Assembly (NCBI GenBank): GCA_018715905.1
Contig: DVKS01000164.1
Coordinates: forward strand, 1 to 49,479
Direction: 5' to 3'
DNA from: Candidatus Caccovicinus merdipullorum
Lineage (GTDB): Bacteria; Bacillota; Clostridia; Lachnospirales; Lachnospiraceae
DNA length: 49,479 nt
The position numbers and the translations under genes are program-made. Positions 10,205 to 21,658 of the stretch are shown in pieces. Each line of letters begins with the position of its first letter. Position 1 is the stretch's first letter. The notes under the pieces were generated by a model. That model ran no database searches. It saw nothing but the letters and a program-made list of their open reading frames with translations, and had not been told where the DNA came from.

Positions 10205-12038
10205 CCTCTGCCCTTTCTCCTCCCGGTATCCTGATGGTGCAGCTGGTTCCTTCTTCTTCTGCCTTAAAGAAAAGTCCCGCCTGGTCCCCGTACTTAAGCC
10301 GCAGCCTGGTGATGATATTTACCACCCCGTAGCCGTGTTTTTTATCCGGGAAACAGGTTTTTAACCGGGAGACCGCCATGCCGTTCATCTCATTGATCTT
10401 CTTTTCCATCTCTGCTTCTATGGGCGTGCCGTTATTATACACGGTAAGGTATAATACCTGGTCCTCCTCCCTTACCGAAATCCGTATCTGTCCGCCTTCA
10501 AAAATATCCTGAAATCCATACTTCACCGCATTTTCTACCAGGGGCTGCAGAATCAGCTTCAGCACTCTGGTTCTGGATGCATCCACCTGGCAGTCAATCT
10601 CATAGGAAAACAGATCTACATTGCGGATCTGCTGGATTTCCATGTAACTTTTCACATTTTCCAGTTCATCTTCCACCGTCACAATCTCGCTGCCTTTGCT
10701 TAAGGACAAACGAAGATAGCGGGAAAGGGCCTGAATCATCCGCATGGTTGTTTCCTCCCGGTTAATCCGGGCCAGCATATAGATGGTATCCAGGGTATTA
10801 TAAAGAAAATGAGGGTTGATCTGGCTGATCAGCATATTTAACTCCGCCGTGCGAAGTTCCCGCTCCTGGTCTTTAATCTCCTGAAGCAGCTGCTTAATGT
10901 TGCTTACCATCTCATTGTAAGAACGGCCGATCTCATCCAGTTCCGTGTTGGTGTGGAGTTCAATGGTCCGCTCAAAATTCGTCCCGTCGAATTCCGTCAT
11001 GGCCTCCTTTATCTCCTGGATGGGCTTTGTAAAACGCTTGGAAAAGTAAATACTTAAGATCACCGCCGCGCCGATCACCAAAAGGTAGATTCCTCCAAGA
11101 ACGAAAAAAACCGGGATCAGCTCCTGGTTTAACACCCTGGCCGGCACAAAGGAAAATACCACCAGACCGCTGTCTGCCTCCCTCCAGGCACTCAGCACGC
11201 CGCCTTTCACCGGCTCACCGGCCAAAAACAGTCCCGCTCCTTCCGTTCCGGCAATCTTCTCCGTAATTTCCTGATGGATTTCTTCTTCCTGGAAATCCCT
11301 TTGAGAAAAGGAGGGATCCCTTGGGGCCGTCCCGCGGGAAACCGCTTCCGCAAAAGTTTCGTCCGGCGAGGAAAAGAAGCAGAACTGTCCCCTCTCATCC
11401 AGGATCCCCACTGCCGCTTTCAGATTCTTCTCCCGCCCCTGGTCCGCAATCTCCTCAAAAAGAGCCTTGTCCATCTTAAAAAAGAGCATTCCCGGCTCAT
11501 GGGCGTAATCCATGCTTCTTACATACCGCCCGATAAAAAGTGCGTCGCGGCCTGTTCCAAACAACGTATCCTTCGTCCAGAACCACTGAGTCTTAGCATA
11601 TTCCAGGCCCAGGTATTCGCGAAATCCGCTCTTTTCAATATCTTCATAGGTTACATTGGAATAGGACCGGCTGTATACATTCCCTTTATTATCTGCATAG
11701 CAGTAATCAGCCACATATTCCAGGCCAATGTAGGCAAAGTATTTGCTCAGAGCAATGTGGTTCACCTCTTCCAGCCCCTGACTCTGAAGGCTTTTCTGTA
11801 CATCCTCATAAAGAATGCATTCCGCCGTAGCCTCATCGCTTTTCCGGCACAGATTCTCCAGGGCAAGGCCCATCTTCTCTGTAGTAAATTCGTACTGATC
11901 CACCACCGCCTGCGTCAGACGCCGCTTCACACTCAGCACTACCCCCAGACTGGAAAGGAGCAGGGCGAGGCCTAAAAGGGCGATGGTGTATTTCAGATAC
12001 CGTTTCTGGATTCCTGACCGTTTCTTGTGTTTTATCAT
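10191..12038 (-). CDS. YesM-like sensor histidine kinase
   Basis: Two TM segments, a HAMP domain, SQINPHFLYNTL H-box and LQPLVENAVKYG N-box. Confidence 0.9.
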   Translation of the reverse strand: MIKHKKRSGIQKRYLKYTIALLGLALLLSSLGVVLSVKRRLTQAVVDQYEFTTEKMGLALENLCRKSDEATAECILYEDVQKSLQSQGLEEVNHIALSKYFAYIGLEYVADYCYADNKGNVYSRSYSNVTYEDIEKSGFREYLGLEYAKTQWFWTKDTLFGTGRDALFIGRYVRSMDYAHEPGMLFFKMDKALFEEIADQGREKNLKAAVGILDERGQFCFFSSPDETFAEAVSRGTAPRDPSFSQRDFQEEEIHQEITEKIAGTEGAGLFLAGEPVKGGVLSAWREADSGLVVFSFVPARVLNQELIPVFFVLGGIYLLVIGAAVILSIYFSKRFTKPIQEIKEAMTEFDGTNFERTIELHTNTELDEIGRSYNEMVSNIKQLLQEIKDQERELRTAELNMLISQINPHFLYNTLDTIYMLARINREETTMRMIQALSRYLRLSLSKGSEIVTVEDELENVKSYMEIQQIRNVDLFSYEIDCQVDASRTRVLKLILQPLVENAVKYGFQDIFEGGQIRISVREEDQVLYLTVYNNGTPIEAEMEKKINEMNGMAVSRLKTCFPDKKHGYGVVNIITRLRLKYGDQAGLFFKAEEEGTSCTIRIPGGERAEDDEE

Positions 12039-13636
12039 GAGTGATATTCCTTTTTATATTCACTGGGGAGTTTTCCGGTGTACTGTTTAAACAGGTGGGA
12101 AAAATAAGACAGATTATGGATCCCCACTGCATCACAGATCTCCCCGATACTGCCGTTCCCCGCTTCCAGAAGCTTCCTAGCCTTCTCCATCCGCTGCTGC
12201 ATCAGATACTTTTTAAACGTCATGTGAAAGGTATTCTTAAACACCCGTCCGAAATAGACCGGATTCAGGTAAATATGTGCCGCCACAGATACAATGGACA
12301 GATCCTCATCCTGAAGATGCTCATCGATATACGCCACCGCTGCAGACATATACTCCTTAAAATACCGGGTCTCATCCTGCTCCGCCGCTTTCTGCCGGGC
12401 CTCTGCCGCACTGCATAAAATTTTATAGCACACATCCACGGCTCTGGCTGCGTTCAGTTCCTGAAGGTGATAATAATAATTCTGAAATTTCTCCTTGATC
12501 TCATCCGTCAGACCGTACGTGTCCCGAAGCATAAATTCCGTTTTCACCATAAGTCGGTGCAGATCGCTGCACTGCTGCTCTTCATCATCCGGAAGACTGT
12601 AGATAAACTGAACGAAGGCTTCTTTCAATGCCTTCAGGCTGTTCTTCCGAAGGGCATTGATGATGAGATTCTCGCTGTCCTCATAAAGACCGGCAGGTTT
12701 TCCCTCACTGACTTCCACTTCCTCCGATGCGGTGAAAGCGCTGGCGCCGGACACACTTGCCAGGTGAAACAGGCTCCTGGCTTCTGCAGCGCTCCTCTTT
12801 ATCCCGGCGATTCCCTTGTAAGGCTTGGAAATCGCAGCTGCCACCGGGCTCTTTTCTTCCTTCTTCACCCGCTCCAAAAGTCCCTTTAATTCCCGGACTG
12901 CGCCGTTGTCAGATGTCCGGATCACAAAAAGACAGCCCTCTCCCTCACTCTCTGACTTCCAGAAAATATACCGGTTTCCAATGGCCTCCTCCAGATGTTT
13001 TAACACGGCAAAACGGGAAGCTTCATATTCCAGGGAATTGGTAATCTTATAAGACAGGTCGATATCCACGCATACGCCAATGAAATATTCGTCATTTCCC
13101 GGCATCTCCCCGAGTGTCCGAAAGACCTCCTCCACCTGCTCTTCGGGAATCCGGTTCTGTATGTATTTCTGTATCACCAGCTGGAGAAAGCTTATCCGGT
13201 CTTTTACCATCAGTTTTTCCCATCTCTCATACCGCTCTTCATTTTCCAGCTGTTCCATACACACCTTATAGGCGCTCTGCATAGTCTCCCGGAGCTTCTC
13301 GTCCTCGATGGGCTTTAACAGGTAGGCAAATGCCCCCAGATCACAGGCCTGCTGGGCATAATCAAAATCCCGGTATGCACTCAGCACGATGAACAGGCAT
13401 TCCAGATCTGTTTTCTGGATCTCTTCCATCACCATCAGGCCGGTGATCTGCTTCATCCGGATATCCGTAAGCACCACATGAGGCCTGGTTTCCTTAATCA
13501 CCCGGATAGCCTGCTCTCCGCTCTGGGCCGTGCCCGCTACCTTAAATCCCATTCCCGCCCAGTCATAGGTTTCCAAAAGCCCCTGCAGCAAAATCGGCTC
13601 ATCATCCACAATAACCAGCTTTAATAATTTCATCAT
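12035..13636 (-). CDS. YesN-like response regulator (receiver domain plus AraC HTH)
   Basis: Receiver motifs IVDDE, TDIRM and YLLKP; C-terminal AraC segment YFGRVFK...YFSHLFKQYTGKLPSEY. Confidence 0.9.
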   Translation of the reverse strand: MMKLLKLVIVDDEPILLQGLLETYDWAGMGFKVAGTAQSGEQAIRVIKETRPHVVLTDIRMKQITGLMVMEEIQKTDLECLFIVLSAYRDFDYAQQACDLGAFAYLLKPIEDEKLRETMQSAYKVCMEQLENEERYERWEKLMVKDRISFLQLVIQKYIQNRIPEEQVEEVFRTLGEMPGNDEYFIGVCVDIDLSYKITNSLEYEASRFAVLKHLEEAIGNRYIFWKSESEGEGCLFVIRTSDNGAVRELKGLLERVKKEEKSPVAAAISKPYKGIAGIKRSAAEARSLFHLASVSGASAFTASEEVEVSEGKPAGLYEDSENLIINALRKNSLKALKEAFVQFIYSLPDDEEQQCSDLHRLMVKTEFMLRDTYGLTDEIKEKFQNYYYHLQELNAARAVDVCYKILCSAAEARQKAAEQDETRYFKEYMSAAVAYIDEHLQDEDLSIVSVAAHIYLNPVYFGRVFKNTFHMTFKKYLMQQRMEKARKLLEAGNGSIGEICDAVGIHNLSYFSHLFKQYTGKLPSEYKKEYHS

Positions 13637-13655
13637 ACTCCTCTTCCATCCGTCT

Positions 13656-13767
13656 TTACCTTGAAAGTCCTGCCGCCGAATAGGCGGCGTTAATTCAGGG
13701 ATGCCAAATGCGCCGCCATAACTTCATGGGATGATTGTCCATTCGATGCCGGCGCATGAAGGCTTAT
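13656..13767 (+). repeat. Repeat family A, copy A1
   Basis: TTAC-CTTGAAAGTCCTGCCGCCGAATAGGCGGC...CAGGGATGCCAAATGCGCCGCCA...CCGGCGCATGAAGG; matches the copies at 16202 and 38782. Confidence 0.85.
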
Positions 13768-13858
13768 ACTGATTTTAAGTCTTTTCCCGTGGATGCTTTA
13801 ACAAAAACCATACACTCCATGCAAAAAAATAAACAAATCCTCTCCGGGTTCGATCCCC

Positions 13859-14329
13859 TTATTTCTTTACATAAGGCCGCACATACTTCCTTTCTCCGAA
13901 AATCAGATATTCCTTACGGTAATTCCCCCACCAGGTACTGCGTTCTTCCTTTGGACCGGTAAAATAAAACGTAGAAAATAACATTTCCGTCTCGTTCAGT
14001 CCCGCCGCAATGGAAAGAAGGTCCTTTTCCAGAGGAAAAATCACCTCTCCCGGCCTGCTGCGCCCTTTCAGATCAGAAAGGTATCGTTTCTCCTCCTCAC
14101 TTAACACCCCAAGGATCTTCTCCCTTGCTTCGGATTCCAGCTGGAAATAATAAAAATCACAAAAGGCCCGCCCAGGTCCCATATCCTTCATTTTCTTTTC
14201 TGCAGCCAGGCAGGCCGCTTTTTTATCCATCCTGCAGCTTTCCCAGAAGTACCGTTCCGGATTTTGCATGCCCTGAGAAATATTCTCAAAATAAATGACA
14301 CCAAGCGCTTTCAATTCCTCCGGCCTCAT
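13859..14329 (-). CDS. Hypothetical protein (156 aa)
   Basis: GGAGG RBS upstream of ATG and plausible composition; no family recognised. Confidence 0.65.
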   Translation of the reverse strand: MRPEELKALGVIYFENISQGMQNPERYFWESCRMDKKAACLAAEKKMKDMGPGRAFCDFYYFQLESEAREKILGVLSEEEKRYLSDLKGRSRPGEVIFPLEKDLLSIAAGLNETEMLFSTFYFTGPKEERSTWWGNYRKEYLIFGERKYVRPYVKK

Positions 14330-14349
14330 ATTTTCCCTCCCCTGAACAT

Positions 14350-14393
14350 AAAAATCCGGCAGAACACACCTTCGTCTTCATGTGTTCTGCCGG
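14350..14393 (-). terminator. Intrinsic terminator after tRNA-Ala
   Basis: 13-bp stem CCGGCAGAACACA/TGTGTTCTGCCGG followed by ATTTTT on the minus strand. Confidence 0.7.
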
Positions 14394-14408
14394 TCACGGT
14401 GAAAAAAA

Positions 14409-14481
14409 TGGACCCGATGGGATTCGAACCCACGGTCTCTGCGTTGCGAACGCAGCGCTTTCCCAGCTAAGCTACGAGCCC
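14409..14481 (-). tRNA. tRNA-Ala(CGC)
   Basis: GGGCTCGTAGCTTAGCTGGGAAAGCGCTGCGTTCGCAACGCAGAGACCGTGGGTTCGAATCCCATCGGGTCCA folds as a cloverleaf with anticodon CGC and the G3:U70 Ala identity pair. CCA is not encoded. Confidence 0.95.
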
Positions 14482-14490
14482 GTCCTGAGT

Positions 14491-14519
14491 ATTATAACTC
14501 TAAATTTCGGCTAATACAA
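14491..14519 (-). promoter_or_regulatory. sigmaA promoter of tRNA-Ala
   Basis: TTGTAT-17 bp-TATAAT just upstream of the tRNA. Confidence 0.65.
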
Positions 14520-14604
14520 GCAATTTTTTGCCGATTCGGATATTTTCGCGCCTTCCTGAGCTGCTGCGATTTTCTTCCTGCCCCTTCCCTTCTGTGTACA
14601 AGTC

Positions 14605-14633
14605 TTGACGCCTTCCCCGATGTCCCGTATACT
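14605..14633 (+). promoter_or_regulatory. sigmaA promoter, probably giving a leaderless transcript starting at ATG 14640
   Basis: TTGACG-17 bp-TATACT, then 6 nt to the ATG; no Shine-Dalgarno. Confidence 0.7.
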
Positions 14634-14639
14634 GAAACC

Positions 14640-15107
14640 ATGGAAAGTACAAAGACGATTTACGATATTGCAAAGGAAGCCGCCTATGTGATCGAGCAGG
14701 AGCTGACACGACGGGGCTATACCTGCATTACCTTAAGTACAAGACCGGATCCCGAGCGAAAAGCCGAATGCATCCGTATTCTGGAGCAGCGTTGGGCAGA
14801 AGGCGCAGCCCTCATGGGTTCCATGTTTGGGACTGAGAGCGTGGAAGAAAGCATTCGCGAACACCTTCCCCATGTGCCCATCGCCATGGCAAACGGCTGG
14901 CTGGATCTGCCCAATGTGTATGCCGTCCTTGCTGACGAAGCACACGGCGTAGAACAATGTGTGGAGCTCCTGGCAAAGCAGGGCAGGAGACGCCTGGCTT
15001 TTGTAGAGGATCTGGATACCCCTTCCAACAGCAGCAAAAAACAGGGCTTTCAGACTGCCATGCTGCAGCTTATGACAGTCTGCAGATCAATCAGGAAAGG
15101 AAAATAA
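14640..15107 (+). pseudogene. LacI-family regulator remnant (in-frame HTH deletion and C-terminal truncation)
   Basis: Starts TIYDIAKEA but jumps directly to ligand-domain sequence AYVIEQELTRRGY, with no GVSxxTVSR helix; ends at 155 aa. Confidence 0.7.
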
Positions 15108-15109
15108 TT

Positions 15110-16111
15110 ATGAGAATCCCATACGAAACAATGGTAAATGAATTTAAGCGGGTATTAATGAAATACGGTTTTGAAGAAAGCCGCGCCCAGGATGCGGCAG
15201 TTATCTTTGCCGAGAATTCTCTGGCCGGAGTCTACTCCCACGGCTTAAACCGGTTCCCCAGAGTAATCGAATATCTGAAAAAGGGCGAAATCGACCCGAA
15301 AGTGCAGGCTGAATGTGTGCTTTCCATAGGAGCCTTTGAGCGCTGGGACGGCCATCGGGGATTCGGCCCCTTAAATGCCAAACTGGCCATGGACCGGGCA
15401 GTGGAGCTGGCAAAACAGTTCGGCATCGGCATCGTCGCTCTGGGAAACAACAATCACTGGATGCGGGGCGGAAGCTACGGCTGGCAGGCCGCCGACCAGG
15501 GCTGCATCGGCATCTGCTGGTCAAACACCTGCCCCAACATGCCTGCATGGGGCGGCATTGACCGTAAGATCGGAAATAACCCCCTGATCTTTGCCGTTCC
15601 CAGAAGCAATGGCGAACACGTTGTCATTGACTGCGCCGTATCCCAGTTTTCTTACGGGAAGCTGGAGGACTGCCGGTTAAAGGGAATCTCCCTTCCTGTT
15701 CCCGGCGGTTATGATACCAAGGGAAATCTGACCACGGACCCGGCGGAAATCGAAAAGACCCGCCGTGTGCTTCCCATGGGGTACTGGAAAGGAAGCGGAA
15801 TCTCCATCGCCCTGGACCTGATCGCCACCATACTCTCCAACGGAAATTCCGTGCACAAGATCGGCACCTTCGGAGATGAAGTGGGCCTTACTCAGATCAT
15901 GATCGCCATTGATCCCGGAAAAGCAAATTCCACGGAGCTGACTGATCAGATCGTCAATGACATTATTAATGACGTAAAGACCTCTGTCCCGGAAAAGGAA
16001 GGCGGACAGGTTTATTATCCCGGAGAACTGGCACTAAAAAACATGCGGGAAAATATGGAACTGGGCATTCCGGTTATTGAAGAAAAGTGGAATCAGGTTC
16101 TTGCCATGTAA
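15110..16111 (+). CDS. yiaK: 3-dehydro-L-gulonate 2-dehydrogenase (2,3-diketo-L-gulonate reductase; Ldh_2 family)
   Basis: GVYSHGLNRFPR, NNHWMRGGSYG, IGNNP and PMGYWKGSG motifs; ATG 15110 follows AGGAAAGGA. Confidence 0.85.
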   Translation: MRIPYETMVNEFKRVLMKYGFEESRAQDAAVIFAENSLAGVYSHGLNRFPRVIEYLKKGEIDPKVQAECVLSIGAFERWDGHRGFGPLNAKLAMDRAVELAKQFGIGIVALGNNNHWMRGGSYGWQAADQGCIGICWSNTCPNMPAWGGIDRKIGNNPLIFAVPRSNGEHVVIDCAVSQFSYGKLEDCRLKGISLPVPGGYDTKGNLTTDPAEIEKTRRVLPMGYWKGSGISIALDLIATILSNGNSVHKIGTFGDEVGLTQIMIAIDPGKANSTELTDQIVNDIINDVKTSVPEKEGGQVYYPGELALKNMRENMELGIPVIEEKWNQVLAM

Positions 16112-16173
16112 AATATAACCGCTATCTGCCGGATAGCGGCGTCACATTTATCCGGGCCGTTCCACATCAGAAT

Positions 16174-16202
16174 TTGACATTCGCCTGATTCCATGTTACC
16201 CT
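16174..16202 (+). promoter_or_regulatory. Putative sigmaA promoter for the LysR gene
   Basis: TTGACA-17 bp-TACCCT with a TGn extended -10. Confidence 0.5.
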
Positions 16203-16313
16203 TACTCTGATGGTCTGCCGCCGGATAGGCGGCATGTATTCAGGGATGCCAAATGCGCCGCCAGACTTTCATGGGATAACTGGTGCGTCGCCCGCCGGCG
16301 CATGATGGTTTTC
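16202..16313 (+). repeat. Repeat family A, copy A2
   Basis: TTAC...GTCTGCCGCCGGATAGGCGGCATGTATTCAGGGATGCCAAATGCGCCGCCAGACTTTCATGGGAT...CCGGCGCATGATGG; core near-identical to the reverse complement of 38782-38894. Confidence 0.9.
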
Positions 16314-16380
16314 TGTTCATCTGTCCACCCCGGAAGGCCGGAAACGGCCTTCCTTATTGTTCAGAAAAGAGGTAATCGTC

Positions 16381-17271
16381 ATGGAACTGCTTCAGCTTCG
16401 CTACTTTCTTGCCGCCGCCGAGTATCAGCATATCACCCGTGCGGCAGAACATCTGCAAATCGCACAGCCGGCCTTGTCCCAGGCCATCCACCGTCTGGAA
16501 ACGGAACTTGGCATGCCTTTGTTTGAACGGAAAAGCCGGAGCATCGTGCTGAATGATGCCGGAAAACTTCTCCAGAAACGCCTTCTTCCCATCATGGATG
16601 CTCTGGACCGGATTCCGGAAGAGCTTCAGGAATACCGTTCCCAGACTGCCCACACCATTCACCTTCGGATCCTGGCGGCCTCTGCGCTGATCACCAACCG
16701 GATCATCGCCTACCGTGCCCTGCGGCCGGATGTAAACTTCCAGCTTTACCAGGCAGAGACACACGCCTCCTATGATCTGTGCGTTTCCGCAGTCCGGGCA
16801 GACCGGAAGGAAGAGCAGTCTCCCGATGATATGATTATGCTGGAAGAAGATCTTTATCTAGCTGTTCCGGCCAACTCGCCTTTCGGCAGGAAAGATTCTA
16901 TCCGCCTTTCCGAAACAGGCAATGCAGGCTATATCTGCCTGGCCGGCTCCCGCCCCATCCGCCAGATCAGCAACAGCTATTTTGCGGAAGCAGGAATTTC
17001 TCCCAGAATCATTTTTGAAAGCGACACCACCGAGTCCGTCCGGAATCTGATCGCGGCAGGAATTGGCATCGGATTCTGGCCTCAGTACTCCTGGGGGCCT
17101 CTCACCGGTGAATTCGGCCCCCTGGCTCCCGGCTCTCCGGTAAAGCTCCTTCCCATCACCGGCCAGATCTGCAGACGCCAGATTATTCTCAAATGCTCCC
17201 CTGAGGTAAGAGAGAATCCGGTGGTCATGGACTTCTGCCGTTTTCTGGTAGAAAATTCCCACTGGCTGTAA
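16381..17271 (+). CDS. LysR-family transcriptional regulator
   Basis: MELLQLRYF...ITRAAEHLQIAQPALSQAIHRLETELG..LFER HTH; GAGGT RBS. Confidence 0.9.
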   Translation: MELLQLRYFLAAAEYQHITRAAEHLQIAQPALSQAIHRLETELGMPLFERKSRSIVLNDAGKLLQKRLLPIMDALDRIPEELQEYRSQTAHTIHLRILAASALITNRIIAYRALRPDVNFQLYQAETHASYDLCVSAVRADRKEEQSPDDMIMLEEDLYLAVPANSPFGRKDSIRLSETGNAGYICLAGSRPIRQISNSYFAEAGISPRIIFESDTTESVRNLIAAGIGIGFWPQYSWGPLTGEFGPLAPGSPVKLLPITGQICRRQIILKCSPEVRENPVVMDFCRFLVENSHWL

Positions 17272-17353
17272 AATCCTTTGCCGGCAGGCAAACGCTTCAC
17301 ATGAGACAGGGCAGCCTGCTCCCTTCCGGAGTTTGGCTGCCCTGTCCGATATT

Positions 17354-17779
17354 CTATATGTTCTTATATTCGCTTTCCCGCTTTCCCTTAAGCCGGGCAA
17401 TGGCCCGCACCATGGAAGCCTGGGACATCTTAAATTCCCGGAGACTCTGCTTCTGGCGCATCTGTTCTTCAGCACGCTCCAGAGCCTGTTTGGCCCTGAC
17501 TTCGTCAATATCCTCCGGCCGTTCTGCAGTATCCACGATTACGGTCACACGGTTATTGGCTACCTGAACGATACCCAGCCCCACAACAGCCTTCCGCCAC
17601 TGTCCATTGCTCTCCGGTGTCCGGAAGCGCAGCTCACCTTCCTGTATGGCAAGGATCATGGCCTCCCGGTGGGGAAGGATCCCCACCTCACCGTCATGGG
17701 CCGGAACCACCAGAGCCTCGCAGCTTCCGTTAAAAAACACATGATCGCTGGCTACGATCTTAAGCCAGAATGTCGACAT
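17354..17779 (-). CDS. atpC: ATP synthase F1 epsilon (operon 1, full length)
   Basis: GEVGILPHR plus the intact C-terminal helices DIDEVRAKQALERAEE...RAIARL. Confidence 0.9.
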   Translation of the reverse strand: MSTFWLKIVASDHVFFNGSCEALVVPAHDGEVGILPHREAMILAIQEGELRFRTPESNGQWRKAVVGLGIVQVANNRVTVIVDTAERPEDIDEVRAKQALERAEEQMRQKQSLREFKMSQASMVRAIARLKGKRESEYKNI

Positions 17780-17784
17780 AATCT

Positions 17785-19227
<1,443 letters not shown>

Positions 19228-20124
19228 CTAACTTCTGGATTTCTTCCTCTGGGCCCTGGCTCCGCCTACCACTTCCGTGATTTCCTGGGTGATAGCCGCC
19301 TGCCGCATCCGGTTATATTCCACCGAAAGGTCATTTAGCAGGGCGCTGGCATTGTCGCTGGCCGTCTGCATAGCCATCATTCTGGCATTCTGCTCGCTGC
19401 AGAAAGATTCCACCAGCGCACCGAAGATAAAACCAGTAACGTAATTGGGAACTACATGGTTCATAACCTCTTCCGGTGAAGGAACCATCCGGATGTCCTC
19501 CTGGTAAATGTCCGCCGGCACGGCAATACCGCCGAAATCTTCACGCTTTAAGGGCAGAAGCTGCACAAGCTGGGCCTCCATCTTCATGCTGTTCACCATC
19601 TGCGTATACAGAATCCATACCTCATCCAGCCGCTTCTCCTCATAATCTTCCAAGACCGTCGAGGAAATCAGCCTGGCCCGGTGCATGGTGGGATTTTGTA
19701 CCGTGTAATGAAACTGCTCCTCCACCGGAATATGCCTGGATGCAAAATACTGCCTTCCCAGTTCCCCCACTACATAAAGATGGTTATTGTGTCCCGATTC
19801 CATCCACTGATGGGCCATCTTCAGCACATTGTGATTATAAGCGCCAGCCAGTCCCTTGTCGCCGGTAATGACAATCAGTCCCCGGCTGCGCTTCTCTGCC
19901 GGAACTTCGCTGCGGGTGTCAAAATAAAAATGCTTCACATCCGGCATATGTCTGAGAATTCTCTGGATCAGACTCTGAAGCGTATAAAAGTACGGCTCCG
20001 TCTCTTCCAGGAATTTTCTGCTTTTCTTTAATTTGGTGGAAGCAATCAGATACATCGCATTTGTAATTTTTCTTGTATCCTGAACACTGTGCATCCGGTT
20101 CAGGATCTCTCTTGCGTTTGCCAT
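19228..20124 (-). CDS. atpG: ATP synthase F1 gamma (operon 1)
   Basis: ITNAMYL, DKGLAGAYN, SEQNARMMAM and RQAAITQEITE motifs. Confidence 0.95.
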   Translation of the reverse strand: MANAREILNRMHSVQDTRKITNAMYLIASTKLKKSRKFLEETEPYFYTLQSLIQRILRHMPDVKHFYFDTRSEVPAEKRSRGLIVITGDKGLAGAYNHNVLKMAHQWMESGHNNHLYVVGELGRQYFASRHIPVEEQFHYTVQNPTMHRARLISSTVLEDYEEKRLDEVWILYTQMVNSMKMEAQLVQLLPLKREDFGGIAVPADIYQEDIRMVPSPEEVMNHVVPNYVTGFIFGALVESFCSEQNARMMAMQTASDNASALLNDLSVEYNRMRQAAITQEITEVVGGARAQRKKSRS

Positions 20125-20138
20125 AGGATCACTCCCCG

Positions 20139-21647
20139 CTAAAATTCAGCCTTAAACGTATTGGCCAGTTCTGTAATCTTCTGAATCATTTCATCGGTCA
20201 GAACTTTTTCCCGTTGGATCTCTTCTCCGATCTCCGGGTGCTTCTCGTCAAACCACTGCAGCATCTTCATCTGGAATTCCTTGATCTGTTTTACATCCAC
20301 AGAAAGCATCACCCGGTTGGTGGCCGCACACAGCGTAATCACCTGCTCATGAAGGGACAGGGGATGCTCCAGCGGCTGCTTTAACAATTCCATCAGCCGC
20401 TTTCCGTAAGCCAGCTGTTCCTTGGTGGCTTCATCCAGATCTGAGCTGAACTGGGTAAACACTTCCATTTCCCGGTACTGGGCCAGATCGATACGGATGC
20501 TTCCACTGGCCTTTTTCATGGCTTTGGTCTGAGCCGCACCGCCTACACGGGATACGGAAAGGCCCACATTCACCGCCGGACGCATTCCGGAGAAGAACAG
20601 GTCGCTCTCTAAGAAGATCTGTCCGTCAGTAATGGAAATCACATTGGTGGGAATGTATGCCGACACATCGCCGGCCTGGGTTTCAATAATGGGCAGCGCC
20701 GTAATGGAACCGCCTCCCAGCTCATCGGAAAGCCTGCTGGACCGCTCCAGAAGGCGGGAATGCAGGTAAAATACATCGCCCGGATAAGCCTCACGGCCAG
20801 GCGAACGCTCCAAAAGCAGGGACAGTGCCCGATAAGCCACTGCGTGCTTGGACAGATCATCGTAAACGATCAGAACGTCCTTTCCCTGATGCATAAAATA
20901 TTCCGCCATGGCCGTGCCCGCATACGGCGCGATATACTGCAGGGGCGCCGGCTCGCTGGCTGTGGACGCCATAACAATGGTATAATCCATGGCATCATGC
21001 TTTTTCAGAGTGTTTACCAGCTTGGCCACCGTAGACGCTTTCTGGCCGATGGCCACGTAAATGCAGATCACATCTTTGCCCTTCTGGTTTAATATGGTGT
21101 CCATGGCAATGGATGTTTTTCCGGTCTGCCGGTCACCAATAATCAGCTCTCTCTGTCCTCTGCCGATGGGGAACATGGAATCGATAGCCAGAATTCCCGT
21201 CTCCATGGGAACACTTACCGATTTCCGGTCCACAATTCCCGGCGCCTCTTCCTCTACCGGACGGTATCCCGCTTCCTTTACCGGACCAAGTCCGTCAATG
21301 GGCTCACCCAGGGCATTGATTACCCGGCCCAGAAAGCCCTCGCCTACAGGGACACCGGCCCGGCGCCTCGTGCGGGTTACTTTCGTCCCTTCCATGATTC
21401 CCGTATCCTTTCCAAACAGAATACAGCCGATCTCATTCTTACGAATGTCCTGGACCATGCCCTTGACACCGTTTTCAAATACTACAATCTCTCCATACAT
21501 GGCATGGTCAATGCCATAGCAGATGGCAATACCGTCTCCTACCCAGATAACGGAACCGGTCTCCTCTTCTGCTCCCATCTGTGTATCGAAATTTTCAATC
21601 TCACTCTTAATGATGGAGATGATTTCCTGGGAACTGATTGTACTCAT
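20139..21647 (-). CDS. atpA: ATP synthase F1 alpha (operon 1)
   Basis: [28 protein letters not shown] and [10 protein letters not shown] motifs. Confidence 0.97.
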   Translation of the reverse strand: MSTISSQEIISIIKSEIENFDTQMGAEEETGSVIWVGDGIAICYGIDHAMYGEIVVFENGVKGMVQDIRKNEIGCILFGKDTGIMEGTKVTRTRRRAGVPVGEGFLGRVINALGEPIDGLGPVKEAGYRPVEEEAPGIVDRKSVSVPMETGILAIDSMFPIGRGQRELIIGDRQTGKTSIAMDTILNQKGKDVICIYVAIGQKASTVAKLVNTLKKHDAMDYTIVMASTASEPAPLQYIAPYAGTAMAEYFMHQGKDVLIVYDDLSKHAVAYRALSLLLERSPGREAYPGDVFYLHSRLLERSSRLSDELGGGSITALPIIETQAGDVSAYIPTNVISITDGQIFLESDLFFSGMRPAVNVGLSVSRVGGAAQTKAMKKASGSIRIDLAQYREMEVFTQFSSDLDEATKEQLAYGKRLMELLKQPLEHPLSLHEQVITLCAATNRVMLSVDVKQIKEFQMKMLQWFDEKHPEIGEEIQREKVLTDEMIQKITELANTFKAEF

Positions 21648-21658
21648 ATCAAGACTCC

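Noticed and set aside
13844-13858. CCGGGTTCGATCCCC, resembling a tRNA T-arm or att remnant near tRNA-Ala
   Set aside because: Only a 3-bp stem, on the opposite strand to the tRNA and different in sequence; no integrase nearby.
14957-15109. 51-aa N-terminal extension of yiaK in the ORF track
   Set aside because: Overlaps the LacI remnant in another frame; the RBS and family-like start are at 15110.
13656-16313. Repeat A considered as a riboswitch because A1, A2 and A7 lie upstream of genes
   Set aside because: Copies occur in both orientations relative to the downstream gene, in tandem, and beside unrelated functions, which fits a mobile repeat better.
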